DNA from: Podarcis melisellensis
Lineage: Eukaryota
Length of the DNA: 64,000 bases
Assembly: GCA_964234715.1 (NCBI GenBank)
Contig: OZ174292.1
Strand: one strand, 5' to 3'
Shown piece after piece: positions 35,040 to 48,307 of this stretch. The notes under the pieces are model-generated. The model searched no databases, was not told the DNA's origin, and saw nothing but the letters and a program-made list of their open reading frames with translations. The translations under genes were made by a program, and so were the position numbers. The stretch's first letter is position 1, and each line of letters begins with the position of its first letter.

Positions 35040-35572
35040 CTTCTTCTTCGGCGATCATTCGTAGCTGAGTAAGACTGTCTTCCATAGACACGGTTTTAAC
35101 AATGAGTCCGTAAGTGACTGTGGAGACCAATTCTGGACCCACACGTCCTTCCACAGTGAGGACATTGGTTCCTGGGAAGGAGTTGATTCAGGTGCGGATT
35201 TGCTAAGCCTGTCTTCCTCCTAGCACGTTTCTCCCTTTCGTCCTGAGTTTGAGCATCTTCAAAGCCCATTACACTTTTGGTAAAGGCTGTTCTCCAACTG
35301 GAGCGCTCGCAGGCCAGTGTTTCCCAGTTGTGAGTGTTTAGACTACATTTTTTAAGATTTGCCTTGAGACAGTCTTTAAAGCTCTTTTGTTGACCACCAG
35401 CATTACGCTTTCCATTTTTAAGTTTGGAATAGAGGAGTTGCTTTGGAAGACGATCATCAGGCATCCGCACAACACAACCAGTCCAACGAAGTTGATGTTG
35501 AAGAACCATTGCTTCAACACTGGTGATCTTTGCTTTTTCCAGTACACTGATATTAGTTCGCCAGTCTTCCCA
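35040..35572 (-). mobile_element. RTE-clade LINE 3' fragment with open C-terminal ORF
   Basis: QLRWTGCVVRMPDDRLPKQLLY...GGQQKSFKDCLK...CPHCGRTCGSRIGLHSHLRTH, then a short 3' UTR and (GAA)n tail. Confidence 0.9.
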
Positions 35573-36780
35573 GACGATGGAATCTTTGAAGGGATATTCA
35601 GAGACTGTTCCTAGATATAGCAGCACAGGAAAGAAAAGGTCTCAGGAGAAAACGTGGGAGCCTGGAACTGAGACATGAGTGCCCCATGTGAAGGACTGAG
35701 AAACCTCTGCTGAGGGAGATTTAGGAGCAGCTTGCCAGCCCCTCTCCTCCTTGTGAGCAGGGCAGGCTGGTCGGAGGGGGGCTGCTTCAGCAGTCTCTCC
35801 CCCCCTTCCCCAAGGCAGCAGCACACACCCAATTCAGACTGGGCAGGATTCAAAGCAGTCTCTGCTTTTGGGACTTTCAGATCTTGCATGCTCTGCTCAG
35901 CGGTAATGGATCCAGCTGGCTTACAGCTTCCCACGCCTGCCCTGGGCTGTCTAGCACACAAAAGGCGTTTTGTATTATAGTTGTATATGGGAAAAAGGGG
36001 GTTATGGCATTATACTAAAAAGGGGCTGAGATCAAGGACGAGACGGAGCAGGGAATTAGGAGAGGAGGGGAGCTGTAAGTGGAAGAGAATGGCAGTTGTC
36101 TGCAGGACTGGAAACAAAGTTAAAGGCATAGAGGAAGTGAGCCGGTGAAATATAAATGTGGCTTGTCTACAGCTGGCCCAAGACATTTTGGTGCCTGCAG
36201 AAGAAAATTAAAACATCAGGCCCCTCCTCTAACTAATTAATACAAGGCACAACCAGTCAGGGAAGTCTCTTGTGAATGCCCCCCACCCCACTGAAACAAA
36301 CAAGAGCTGCAGCAGAGTGCGCTGTCAGTAGGGAGGGGCACATTTATACATTTCAGTTCCTCTCTGTTTCTCATTTTTCCAATCTTCTATTCAATTCTCC
36401 AAATGTCTGCCTCAGTTTGCAATCTTTTGTTAAAAAAAAACATCCTCACGAAAATTCATCAGTGCCAATTTCTCCTACTGTATTTTTCGCATACCACACA
36501 TTTTCGCAAAGCATTTCCCCATAATATAACACATTTTCGCATACTTTCTGTAATAAGTGCCTTTTCAGCCACACTTCCCCAAGAAGATGCATTTTTGTAC
36601 ATGTTATTTGGCGTGCAAACGGCAATGCAAAATTCAGAGAAGCAAGAATTTCCCAAGAGTTTTAGTTCTCCTATAGTTTCGGGAAACTGCAAATCCGGTG
36701 GATTCACCTTTAAATGTGAACTGAATTGAATTTACCCTCATCCCTGATTGTCACTCATATTAAGTAGCCCAGATTGTTAA

Positions 36781-36783
<3 letters not shown>

Positions 36784-36812
<29 letters not shown>
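36784..36812. repeat. (CT)n microsatellite
   Basis: Direct read. Confidence 0.95.
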
Positions 36813-36815
<3 letters not shown>

Positions 36816-37218
36816 TGTGTGTCTCACTTGAACGTCTTAGGCTTCCCTGTCATGACCAAACAATGACCATACTAGGCTGCCCTCTAGAAACATGTCTGGG
36901 GCTGAAGAGTTTAATGGCCATTCCTCACTCGCTGAAGTGTCAACTGCGCATTGAGGTTATTGTGCACATTCATTATGTCCCTTATTAAAAATGTATTTTT
37001 TTTGTAATGCTTTTGATATTTTGCAATTTTAAAATGTCCAAAGCTAGTCTTAGGATATGGATACAAGGCTTTCCCCCGGTTCCTTTAATAAGCATCTGTT
37101 ACGCTAAGGCAGTTTGAGTCGCTAAAGGGATTGTCTGAACATCCTGGAACTCTGCTTCCTTCTCTATTAATCCACATGTGGTAGACACACGCAAACACTT
37201 TATTCTCAGATGGGAAAA

Positions 37219-37220
<2 letters not shown>

Positions 37221-37254
<34 letters not shown>
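37221..37254. repeat. (GT)n microsatellite
   Basis: Direct read. Confidence 0.95.
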
Positions 37255-37256
<2 letters not shown>

Positions 37257-37366
37257 AAAGAGAAACAAATTGGAACAATCAACCCCCCCTGAGAGTGCTG
37301 GTCTCCTTTTTGGGTTAGGTATTAATTAATTGTTAGAATTGTGTATATGTATGACTTTATTATAGA

Positions 37367-37579
37367 TAAAGGGTAAAGGGACCCCTGACCATTAGGTCCA
37401 GTCGTGACCGACTCTGGGGTTTCGGCGCTCATCTCGCTTTATTGGCCGAGGGAGCCGGCGTACAGCTTCCGGGTCATGTGGCCAGCATGACTAAGCCGCT
37501 TCTGGCGAACCAGAGCAGCACACGGAAATGGCGTTTACCTTCCCGCCAGAGCGGTACCTATTTATCTACTTGCACTTTG
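37367..37579 (-). mobile_element. Sauria SINE truncated by the assembly gap
   Basis: Matches the 5387 family up to the Ns. Confidence 0.9.
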
Positions 37580-37779
37580 NNNNNNNNNNNNNNNNNNNNN
37601 NNNNNNNNNNNNNNNNNNNNNNNNNNNNNNNNNNNNNNNNNNNNNNNNNNNNNNNNNNNNNNNNNNNNNNNNNNNNNNNNNNNNNNNNNNNNNNNNNNNN
37701 NNNNNNNNNNNNNNNNNNNNNNNNNNNNNNNNNNNNNNNNNNNNNNNNNNNNNNNNNNNNNNNNNNNNNNNNNNNNNNN
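37580..37779. other. Assembly gap (200 N)
   Basis: Run of N; the round length suggests a placeholder of unknown true size. Confidence 0.99.
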
Positions 37780-39699
37780 CGCTGTGTTTTTGCGGGTGAT
37801 TGGTGGCTGCGGCAAGGTCTGCTGGCTATTGGCTGCTGCGGCAATTGGGCGGGCGATTGGTGCTTGCCTTTGGAGAACATGCAGACGATTGGTGGCATCG
37901 CCGATGTGCATGCGATTGGCAGGCCCAGACAGAGGGGGGGGGGCTATATGGACTCCGATTCCAAAGGGGGGCCTTGGTCAGCATATTCACAATCGCAGGG
38001 GATGCACTGGGGTTTTAAATGTAAATACTGAAAATAATCCTTTTCCCTATGTATTTTTTAAAAAGCACTATTGTAGATCTATATTTTCCATTTTGTCTTT
38101 ATATGCAGATATGGTTCAAGCCTTGAAATAAAATTATTTGTTAGCATAACATTTGTGAAAATTATTTACTTATTTATAAGACTTCAGTTATCCCCAGAGA
38201 TAAAAAAGGGGGGCACATTATCTACCTGGCCCAGCCTCTGCCTGGCTCTGCAAGGCCCTAGCAATTGGCTGTTATGTTCCTGCGGCAACCCCCCCCCCCA
38301 AAGAAAGCTAAACAAGTCTGGGAAATCCCCCTCAAAAAGCTTAGCAACTGTCGGCAATTCCCCACAAAAAAGCTCAACAACTCTGTGCCATCTCCCCGCA
38401 TTTTCTCTATTTGGAGTCCCCAAAAAGACACAGAGAAGTATGGTATATTTCACATGGATATATGAGCTTCAGCTCTGCAGCCATCCTGTGTGTTCTCTTC
38501 CATTCTGCTCTTTCACTTTCCCATTTTTCTTTCCCCCTCTCAAACGCCTTCCTTTGGGCCTTCTCCTTCCTAGGGCACACGCCAACTCACTCACGGCTCT
38601 CTTTGCCCAGTGCCTTATCAGATACCTTTTTTATGCCCTTTTGCCTACCCTGCTGCCATTCTCTAGAATAACAGCAGCTCACGCAATGGCAGCCATTTCT
38701 GCCCGCCTTAAAACTCTACGATATTAGAGAAGCTTAGCCAACCACTGCCAGAGACGTCAGTACCGCTACCATTCAGCCCAAAACCTCTTAGCAAAATACA
38801 ACATACGTAAAGTTATTTCTTTTGTATGTTGTATGCATATATTAATTGTGTAGAAAGATTCTTTAAAATTAAAAAACAAACCATGTTTCGAAATTGCAGG
38901 GCAGCATGTGTTTTGTAAGCCTGGCTGCCATCTTTAAAAAATGTTACCGAACATTAATTACTCTTCTCCAGACAGATTACATGCCTAGGGGGAAACCTCA
39001 CAGAAACATGTCCCAACACATACATTTAGGAATATTTGGACTTGCTTTGTCCAGGCTGCTAGCAAGACTTTCTCAACTCCCTCTCCCTCTCTGCCCACTG
39101 AGAGCGCTCTCTCTTTAAAGTGCTTAAGTGAGCCCCTGCTCACTGGCTTCCATCACTTTTATTCTAGAAACACATTTGGAAAGCCTTTTTAAAAGCCTTA
39201 CTACACCCAACGCTGTGGAATGGTTTAAGCCTTAAACCAATCCACAAGATCGTGCAGATGCAACAACCACAGCTGCCAGAGCCCTGCAGTTAACACAAGA
39301 TTTCTGCCTGCGACACCTTTTGCGCCAGAAGAAACAAAGCTCTTTTCAGTATTGGATGGTTTTAATTACAAAAATTCAGGGGCTGGCCCAGTTACTGGAT
39401 GTAGACCGGGGAAATATCACAGCCCAGAACAGATATGTGTTAAATTCACATCAACCCAAGCAACTGGAACAAGAGTTGGGGTGTCTTGATTTATTTTCTA
39501 TTGCCCCTGACTGCAAGCCAGACTGAGATGTAGAGAAAAGGCCAGAACAACTGTACTGTATTGCTCTCCATTAATTTGTTCTCCATCCACCCATCAAGAC
39601 AACCCATTAATTCTCACACACCGGACTGGGGAACAGTCAGATTCTGACCTTAGCCCCATTTGCACATCGCGCTAAGCTAACCCAAACCATGGTTTAGTG

Positions 39700-40434
39700 T
39701 TGCGGTTTTCAAAGGTGTGCCGCACCACACTGGTGTGGCAGGAGAGGGTGGCAAGTGTTGTGGGAAGATTCAAAGACATAGAAACATCTAAACATTTCAG
39801 TGTAGTATATTATAGTATAAATGGTTGTTGTTGTTTACAGATACCGTTTCAAAATGACAGCCAGAGCATCAAGTGATACTGAGGACAAGCCTAGTTGTGA
39901 TCCAGAATCACCATTCGAACAGTGTTGGAGAAGACTCATTTATAATTATATTTTGGGAATGATTCATGTTCTTATGTAGCTGTGTTGTTCTCCACTTTCT
40001 GGATGTCCCATGATCATATTACAAAGTAGTTGTGTTCTATGTTATAATACAGTGGTACCTCGCAAGACGAAATTAATTCGTTCTGCGAGTTTCTTCATCT
40101 TGTGAATTTTTCGTCTTGCGAAGCACGGATGCACCCTGGTATTAACGGTTTGAAGAAAAAGGAAACAAACTCACAAGACGTTTTTGTCTTGCGAAGCAAA
40201 CCCATAGGGAAATTCGTCTTGTGAAGCAACTCAAAAAACAAAAAAACTCTTTCGTCTTGCGAGTTTATCATCTTACGAGGCATTCGTCTTGCGAGGTACC
40301 ACTGTACAAGCACTGCTAAGAGTTGTTTCTTTTTGTTTTACAATCTTTTTCTTAATAATGATAATAAATCAGTGTGGTGCGAGCAAATTTTTATTCTGAA
40401 AGTGTGGCCCAGCGAAGAAGTTTGGGAACCACTG
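39700..40434. mobile_element. Old hAT (Charlie-like) element with nested MITE
   Basis: Right end AAGTTTGGGAACCACTG, degenerate left end, flanks GTTTAGTG/GCTTAGTG. Confidence 0.5.
40050..40304. mobile_element. Tc1/mariner MITE family B
   Basis: TIR CAGTGGTACCTCGCAAGACGAA with TA TSD. Confidence 0.9.
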
Positions 40435-41623
40435 GCTTAGTGTGAACACACTGGTTCCCAAAGTCAGCACACCATGGCAGCTAAGCCGAAGTCTGACTTA
40501 GCATGTTGTCCAAATAAGGGACATACTTAGGCTTTCTCCTCTTAACCATGATCTATAGCCAAGGTGTGTTCAAGGTGTGTTAAGGTGTACAGATCTTTAA
40601 CCATAATCCCAGGTTTGGGCAGTGTGCCAATTGCACAGCTAATATGCTTCATTTCAGATCTGTCACCTTAATTCTACAAATTGCATGAGTGATAGGCTAG
40701 TCAATCAGCCTTGCAGATTGTTCCTGGTTATTTTAAATACATTTGAGTTGTTTTTTCTATATGAAAAGTGACACACCACAAATCTGGAGTGTGCCAAGGG
40801 AGAATCAGATATGTGGCTCTTATGCATAGTTCCACGGGTCCCACTCTAGGACCTGGGAGCTGAAAACAATGCTACCCACTTTCTGCCAGCCTCCCAAAGT
40901 CTCCGGAAAGGATGAGTAGGGAGAAAGGTTTCATCACAATCAGAGGTGCAACTAGCTAGCAATGCCTTTGCATATGCCTGGCTGAAATGAATGGCGATTG
41001 CACAAAAGGGCAAGCAATGGGGTGAAGATGGGGGGAAACACTTCAGGATGGTACTGAATAGGGATGGACGACTATGTCCTTTTCATCTTCCAATCAGTTT
41101 CCCAATCCCAAGTTCAGCTGTTCACATTTCCACAGTTGATGGCAATTAAAAAAAATCCTCATGAAAATTCCTCAACATTTTAGTACAATTTTTTCCTAAC
41201 ACACACCACTTTCGTATGCAATTTTGACGGCTATACATAATTTTGCAAGCAACTTCCCCAGATGCCTTTTACTTTTATTTTCAGTAAAATATGCATTTTT
41301 ATGCACCCCCTGATATATACATACGTATTTGGGAGACCTGCAGTACAAAATTCACTGGTGGACACGTTCATACGGATTCACAAAGTGCAAATTAGGTGGT
41401 CTCTAATTTAAATGAAAACAGAAATAATTCCTGCCCCATCGCTAGCCCTGAACCACAAGGCGAATGCTGCTGCTTACTGACCCGGCTGGAGATCTGATTC
41501 CTGCAACAAGTTCGGCTCACACTGCTAGAGCCTGGCTGTACAGTTTAAAAGCCACTCATAAGTTTCCCGCAAATACTTTTCCTGCACAGGTCCAGCTTTT
41601 GCCACTGCCACATTTGCTTAAAA

Positions 41624-41984
41624 GCAGGTGGTGCTATGGTCTAAACCACTGAGCCTCTTGGGCTTGCCGATCGGAAGGTCGGCGGTTTGAATCCCCACGA
41701 CGGGGTGAGGTCCCATTGCTCGGTCCCTACTGCTGCCAACCTAGCAGTTCGAAAGCATACCAATGCAAGTAGATAAATAGATACTGCTCCAGCGGGAAGG
41801 TAAACGGCGTTTCCGTGTGCTGCTCTGGTTTCTCCAGAAGCGGCTTAGTCCTGCTGGCCACATGACCCAGAAAAACTGTCTGCGGACAAACGCCGGCTCC
41901 CTCAGGCAGTAAAGCGAGATGAGCGCCACAACTCCAGAGTCGTTCGCGGCTGGACTTAACTGTCAGGGGTCCTTTACCTTTTTA
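41624..41984 (+). mobile_element. Older Sauria SINE
   Basis: Head, body and CCTTTACCTTT tail. Confidence 0.88.
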
Positions 41985-41989
41985 CTTCC

Positions 41990-42630
41990 AAGAGCAACTG
42001 TAATCAACAAATTACACTAGTAGGACTACAAGAAGTTTTGTAAGGAGAAATATATGAAGTGTTACAAAGTAGAAAAAGATAGAGATATTGGTTATGAGTT
42101 TGAAATGTAATAGGGAAAATAAGAAATGCATACTAAGAGATTATATTGGAAAATTTCCAGACAGGACTGATGAAAGTAAAAAAAAAAACTGAATAAGATG
42201 TAAAAGTATGTTTAATTACCGGTACTGTTGAAAATGGGACGCGGGTGGCGCTGTGGGTTAAAGCCTCAGCGCCTAGGGCTTGCCGATCGAAAGGTCGGCA
42301 GTTCGAATCCCTGCGGCGGGGTGCGCTCCCGCTGCTCGGTCCCAGCGCCTGCCAACCTAGCAGTTCGAAAGCACCTCCGGGTGCAAGTAGATAAATAGGG
42401 ACCGCTTACCAGCGGGAAGGTAAACGGCGTTTCCGTGTGTGGCTCTGGCTCGCCAGAGCAGCGATGTCACGCTGGCCACGTGACCCGGAAGTGTCTCCGG
42501 ACAGCGCTGGCCCCTGGCCTCTTAAGTGAGATGGGCGCACAACCCCAGAGTCTGGCAAGACTGGCCCGTACGGGCAGGGGTACCTTTACTTTACCTTTTA
42601 CTGTTGAAAATGATATGTTAAAAAACTAAT

Positions 42631-42635
<5 letters not shown>
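41990..42635 (+). mobile_element. L1/Tx1-like LINE 3' UTR fragment (SINE-interrupted)
   Basis: A-rich strand-biased sequence ending AATAAAA then (AT)n; similar in character to 63700-64000. Confidence 0.55.
42236..42598 (+). mobile_element. Young Sauria SINE, full length
   Basis: TSD TACTGTTGAAAAT (42223-42235, 42599-42611). Confidence 0.95.
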
Positions 42636-42678
<43 letters not shown>

Positions 42679-42681
<3 letters not shown>

Positions 42682-42766
42682 CTTTCGTAGATTTTCACGG
42701 GTACAGGAATGCAGGTTTTGGTGTCCTTTTACACGGGAAGACACCCGAGGACACCAAAACCTGCAT
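42679..42766. mobile_element. Penelope-like terminal fragment with inverted duplication, embedded in (AT)n
   Basis: 19-bp perfect inverted repeat ATGCAGGTTTTGGTGTCCT (42709-42727; 42748-42766) flanked on both sides by (AT)n. Family assignment is from recall. Confidence 0.5.
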
Positions 42767-43027
42767 ATATATATATATATATATATACATACATACACAT
42801 ATATATATAGAGAGAGAGAGGGAGAGAGAGAGAGAGACCCATGGGCACAAACAACTTATCAAAATGGATGCTTCCACATATGCTAAGGGCATGTGAATTT
42901 GCCTGTTGCCGTACTCCACACTCTCCACTTAGCACAGAGGCTTTTACAAGGGTCCATCCTTCCTGTGCTGAGCACCTGAGGGTCAAAATAAAATCTAAGA
43001 GCGACAGCAGCAGCCATGTAAATGCCA

Positions 43028-43347
43028 TAGCCTCCAACATTTCTCCCCTTCCAAAATGATATTTTTACTCTTTATACCCCACACATTTTACTTGGGTTGC
43101 CCCAGCCACTCTGGGCAGCTTCCAGCATTTATAAAAACACCATAAAACATTCAACATTAAAAAAACAAAACCCTTCCCTATACAGGATTGCCTTCAGACG
43201 GCTCGGGGGTCAGATAATTCCATACCCTCCAACATTTCTCCAATGAAAATAGGGACATCCTAAGGAAAAGCAGGATCAAAACGGAAACCGGAACGGCTTC
43301 TCTAAATCAGGGGCATCCCTGGAAAATAGGGAAACTTGGAGGGTCTG
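43028..43347 (+). mobile_element. Composite TIR element carrying an L2 tail
   Basis: CCTCCAACATTTCTCC...[L2 tail]...ACTTGGAGGGTCTG; same layout at 60044-60350 (inverted) and 61550-61856. Confidence 0.7.
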
Positions 43348-43577
43348 AAATGCACCTGTCCAGTTAATCTACTAAGCGAGGGGGTGGCATCTAATTTTTA
43401 CAACACAGGACATGTGTGGGAGAAGCGGAGTGAAACGACTCATCTTCAGATCCCATGCTCTTTCCCATTGGATACTTTTCTTTCTTTCCTGGCTCATACG
43501 CCTCCACCAACACACAGAGAGACACACTTTATGAGCAGATACATAAGAAAGCCATTGTGGTGACGGCCGCTGTCACC

Positions 43578-43731
43578 CAGTGGCATAGCGTGGGTTGTCA
43601 GCACCCGGGGCAAGGCAAGTAATTTGTGCCCCCTAACCCGGTAGGGGCAGAGAGCCGCAAGTGCGTGCGCCCCCCCAGATGTTGAGCCCGGTGCGGCTGG
43701 CCCCCCCTGCACCCCCCACGCTACGCCACTG
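43578..43731. mobile_element. hAT MITE (566-735 family)
   Basis: Same TIR; perfect TSD CTGTCACC. Confidence 0.9.
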
Positions 43732-46700
43732 CTGTCACCTTTTGGCATTTGACTACAGTGAAGAAAAGTGACCAATCCCCATGTTCACCCGAAACCAGCA
43801 TGTAAACTGATTACTCCCCAATTTCAGGCTATGCAGTGAATTGAGAGAACGGAGAGATAGGAGGCTGCGGATGAGCTGTATGTCACCAAAGCAGCGACTA
43901 TTTCTTATATTTCTTGAGCTGGGGTATTGTGTGGAGGGGGTTGGGTGTGGGGTTGTTGCTATTGTTGCTGTTGGGGTTTTTTTTGTATCTTTATTTTCGA
44001 TCTTGTTAGGATTTATGCGGAAATTGTTCAGTTTGGTTGTGCATTTTTAAATGTTTCATTTATTGTTTATAACTACTTTTATTATGTTGTAGCTATGTAT
44101 TCCTCTCTTGCCATAAGCCACCTTGAGCATGGACTGAAGTCTGGAAAGACGGCGTACAAACAAAATTATGTGTGCATGTATGCAGGATAATATTTACTAG
44201 GAAAATCACTTCTTTTTCTTAAAAGAGCACAACCATCGACAGTACTCACGCACAGCCACCCACTTTTAGAAGAAATTTATTGACAGCAGGCCAGCATTTT
44301 AGACCCCTTCTTCCATTTAAGTTCAGTGTCTTCTGTTTTACAATTTGGGAACAAACCATATTTTCTTCTTGCTTTCCTTCTCCCCCCCCCCCATTTTTCT
44401 CCTAGACTGTCACCTGACCTATGGTTATGCAGCGGATTAGGGTGTTGTTGTTTTTCACCCTAGCACAGTGATACGCCTTATGAAAGCTCAGACAAACTTC
44501 AACATGTGCCTCCACCGGCTTTCTCCTGATTCAAGCCACACTTTGCAGGTTTTCCAGGCTACAGTGAGTCACCAGCCTCATGTTGGAGCATTTATTTGCA
44601 AGATCTGTCTGCCGCATCGTCCAAGGAACCAACTCGTCGTTTTTCACTTTCACCACAAAACTGCCATAAAATGCCCAAATTGCCCCATGAACTTGACCTC
44701 TTGTTTTCTTCAAGGGGTCAATCTCGCATGGTGGGTTTGCACGCTTGCGCACATTCAGCCGAATCCAGCCCCTGCTTTGAATCGTTCGGAGGAATAAATA
44801 ATTGTAGTCGCTCGCACACAAGACACGCCATTTTAGGTGGGGCTTCTAAGACATAGCTGCTGAAATGGCAGAAACTAAAGGTGCTTTCATTATATTGTTT
44901 AATGAGGCTCACATACATAAGCTCTTCTCACTTCCAAATATTACGGAACTATAAAAAAAAACCCTTTTAATTTTATAACCTATATTCTTTTTCATTTTTG
45001 CCCATTTCATTTTTATTTTTGGGGGGATGTGTCTTACAGCTTTTGGGTTTTACATCTTCAGACATTTCTTCACAAGTCAGAAGTAGTCTCATTATTGAAA
45101 AGAAGAAAGGACAGAACCCTGCTCTAAGTCCCTTTTGCTAACATTTATCTCAAATATTATCTTTAATGGTCTCCTTTCACAAACAGGGCAAGGCAGAGAA
45201 AACTACTGACATGATCAAAAAGAAGGCCGAAAGTCTCGAATGATTCATTTCTGAATTTCCTGTGCTATTCTGAATCTTGAAAAGCCACCTGAAATTGGGT
45301 CTGGCAACCGTAAGGACAGACCTTATTTGAGACATAGCAACCAGTGAAGCACCAAGCATGCGGGGGCAAGAGACTGGAAGGCATAAATCATCCCCAAAGC
45401 AGATTCAGGGACACTGAGAAGAGGGAGGAACGGATCTGTCAGTTCTCATTCCGTTACTCCCTTCTCCAGTCTGAAATTCCTTCCTCCAAATCAGCTTGTG
45501 AGTTAGTTAGTTAGTTAGTTAGTTGTTTTTAAAGTCCTCATGAAACTTCATTAGCATTTAATGTGGATTTCTTTTATGGACACTTTCCCCTAGTTTATGA
45601 ATTACATGGATGAAGAACTGCACAGCAAAATCTGGAGACGAGAGAAGGGTGGTTCTGCTTTAGTTCCTGCGTTGTTTTTTGAAAGCGCAAATTATTCAGC
45701 CCACAGTAAACTGAGAGTGCAGTTGACTAGAGCTGGGCACTAAAACTCACAACCAAGGGCCCGGGCTCAGTGCAGAGAGTCAGCTTTGTATACTAAGTAG
45801 AACTGGCCGGTCCTGCGCACATGGACGGATGCCATTATGCCATTAAACCCAGTACTGTCTGTTCTGACTGGCAGCTGTTCTCTAGGGGTCTTTCCCAGCC
45901 TTGCTGTCTGAGATCCTTTTAGCTGGAGCCACTGGGGGGCTGAGCCCAGGGCGTTCTGCACACAAAGCATGCGCCCGACTGATAACCTACAACCCCCTTC
46001 TAAACCCCTAACAGCTGCAAGATCAGCAACACATGCTCGTCTGAGCTGCTCAGAACCACTAATTGGGGTCTTCCAAACGAGAGCTGTTTGTTCATCCCCG
46101 CATTTTTTCAGTCTTTACCCAAACTCTCTCTGGGACTTCCCTGTATTTCTAATAGCCTGGTAGGTGGCTGTGAGGTGTCTGGCTTGGGGGTTGGGGGGTG
46201 CACACGCTTGGGCAATCGGCAAACGCTGGAATTAATGGGAAACCTGAAAAGGACTTACAGACATTTTTAAGCAGATGAGACAACCACCCTCTTCAAGTTA
46301 CAATCCCTGATAAGCCCAAAAACTACAAGTGAGTCGACGATTTGTGCTTCCCTTTGTTTACTTTTATTTTGCATTTATCTTAAAATATCTATGTGCCACT
46401 GCTCCAAGGAAAGCCTCACAAAGCGACTTAACAACAATAAAAAGTACATTTTAAAAAATGGTATGACTAAAACCAACAATAAAACAAAATTCGCGAAAAT
46501 AAAAACAGATTCAAAATTCTGATAACCTGCATCATTTTTCAACAAGCAGACATCAGCTAAGATGGTGGCGGCTATGTTACACCTCCCCCCCAAAAAACCC
46601 CCACAAATCTGTGCTAGCAGCAATGTACAGCAGTAAGCAAAGACACAGAGCTCAGCACAAAGAAGGTTTTCACACCATTCTTCCCACCCTTTTCCTGGAC

Positions 46701-47969
46701 TCCTGAAGATCCCTTAAAGATTTCGCCCAGATTTTGGCTGAATAGGGACCTGATACAGTCATGAACAAGTGGAAAAGGGAAGGAATTTATTCTACCATAG
46801 CTAACAAAATGATAGGTGTTAGGGAGAGAGGGTCTTGTCGAAACTGACTTGGGAAGGAGGTGAGGATCCACCAACATAAATTTTCCATAAATTTGGTGCT
46901 GCTAACACAGCCGTTTGACTGCACCTCCAGAGGTGCACTCCATTGTCTCTTGAGAAAGACGGATGCCAGCACGGAGAGCCACACCTCTGGCGCTGCTGTA
47001 GACTTGAGCATGGCTTCGGTGGGGCGCTGCTAGTTTTTGCCCACCCTGAGCACTTGGGCTGTGAACCTTACATGGGCAAGTCTGCATCTATAGCGTGTTG
47101 TATAACACCCGTTCTCAATGATATTATGCAAAGCAGGAATTAACTGGAAGTAGGGAGGGGAAAACAGCCATCGAAGGCAGGGCAGTGGTGATTCATTCAT
47201 GCTCTCGCTGAGTGCCAAAGCCAGTGGAAAATACCAGATCTGCCACACCCAAGGTCTGCATAGAGACCACTAGGCCACTTCATATGCACAAGGACAGGGC
47301 AAGAGAAAGCGTTTTAAGTGCCCAGAACAAAAAATTCCAAATGGAAACCCTTCCCACTAACTGACAATGGGGTAGAAACCATGACAGAGTTCTCCTCCCC
47401 AAGCCCCACTGGAGTGAACTGCCATGCTCTTGCCCAGCCGCGGTTTACTTCTATGGAGCTTGCAAGAAATTTCCCCTGCGGTTTATTTTCCCACTGAAAC
47501 CTGCCTCCCAGCCTGCCCTGATTTTGAAACCTCGTTTTGCCTATTGTGGGCCTACTACCTCTGCAACCCAAGGCCAGCCAGTTGCAGGAACTGGTCTGTG
47601 CATCTGTAAATGCTCAGTTAAGCCTGGCGTTTCTGCAATGGCCCGTCTCTGCCATGGCCATACAGTCTCCACAGTCATCGAGCACTCCGTGGATCACGCG
47701 TCTACAGCTCTCCTCCACTAGCTTCCTTCTTTGTTGCACCAATGCCTGATTTCCCCTCTCTGATTGGCCGGACCAATTTGAGGATTTCAGCAATAAGAAA
47801 GACACATAAACCGGGCAGTGGTATATTAAAAGCACCGACTGTCAGCCTACCGGATCAACTTTCAAACATGATCTGCAGTTCTATGCAGGGGTTCCTTTGT
47901 CCCCCTTCAGGCTGTAACACACAGAGAGGACCCAGGTTCGAAATATGAAGCACCCATGTCAAAAAGCAG

Positions 47970-47972
<3 letters not shown>

Positions 47973-48003
<31 letters not shown>
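47973..48003. repeat. (CA)n microsatellite
   Basis: Direct read. Confidence 0.95.
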
Positions 48004-48004
<1 letters not shown>

Positions 48005-48307
48005 CCCATTTAATGGACTGCAGAGAAAGGTCATGGCCGGAGGAGAGGGTCAGAGGAAGAAATGCAGACAAATGTGGGCAAATGATCTTGGTACCCTGAA
48101 CTATATCTTATTAATGGTGCCAGTCGCTGTGGTATCTCAAGGTAACACCCAAGCTTCCAGAGCAAATAGCTTATCTTGCAAACCCCTCCCAGGCATCAAG
48201 GAGACGAGGGGATACGTTGGAGAGGTTAGGAGCAGGGCAAAGGGAAGGGGAATTATTAGGAGGAAAGGCATATTCTCAAGTCCATGTTTTTCTTGTAATA
48301 TTAAATA

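Noticed and set aside
37442-38131. Long ORFs spanning 37.4-38.1 kb
   Set aside because: Artefacts of translating through the N gap.
43146-44250. miR-181-like seeds (AACATTCAAC at ~43146; ACCATCGAC at ~44232), looked for because miR-181c/d and NANOS3 neighbour the human cluster
   Set aside because: Matches stop after 9-10 nt, the first lies in a repeat and no hairpin forms; no Nanos CCHC zinc-finger ORF seen.
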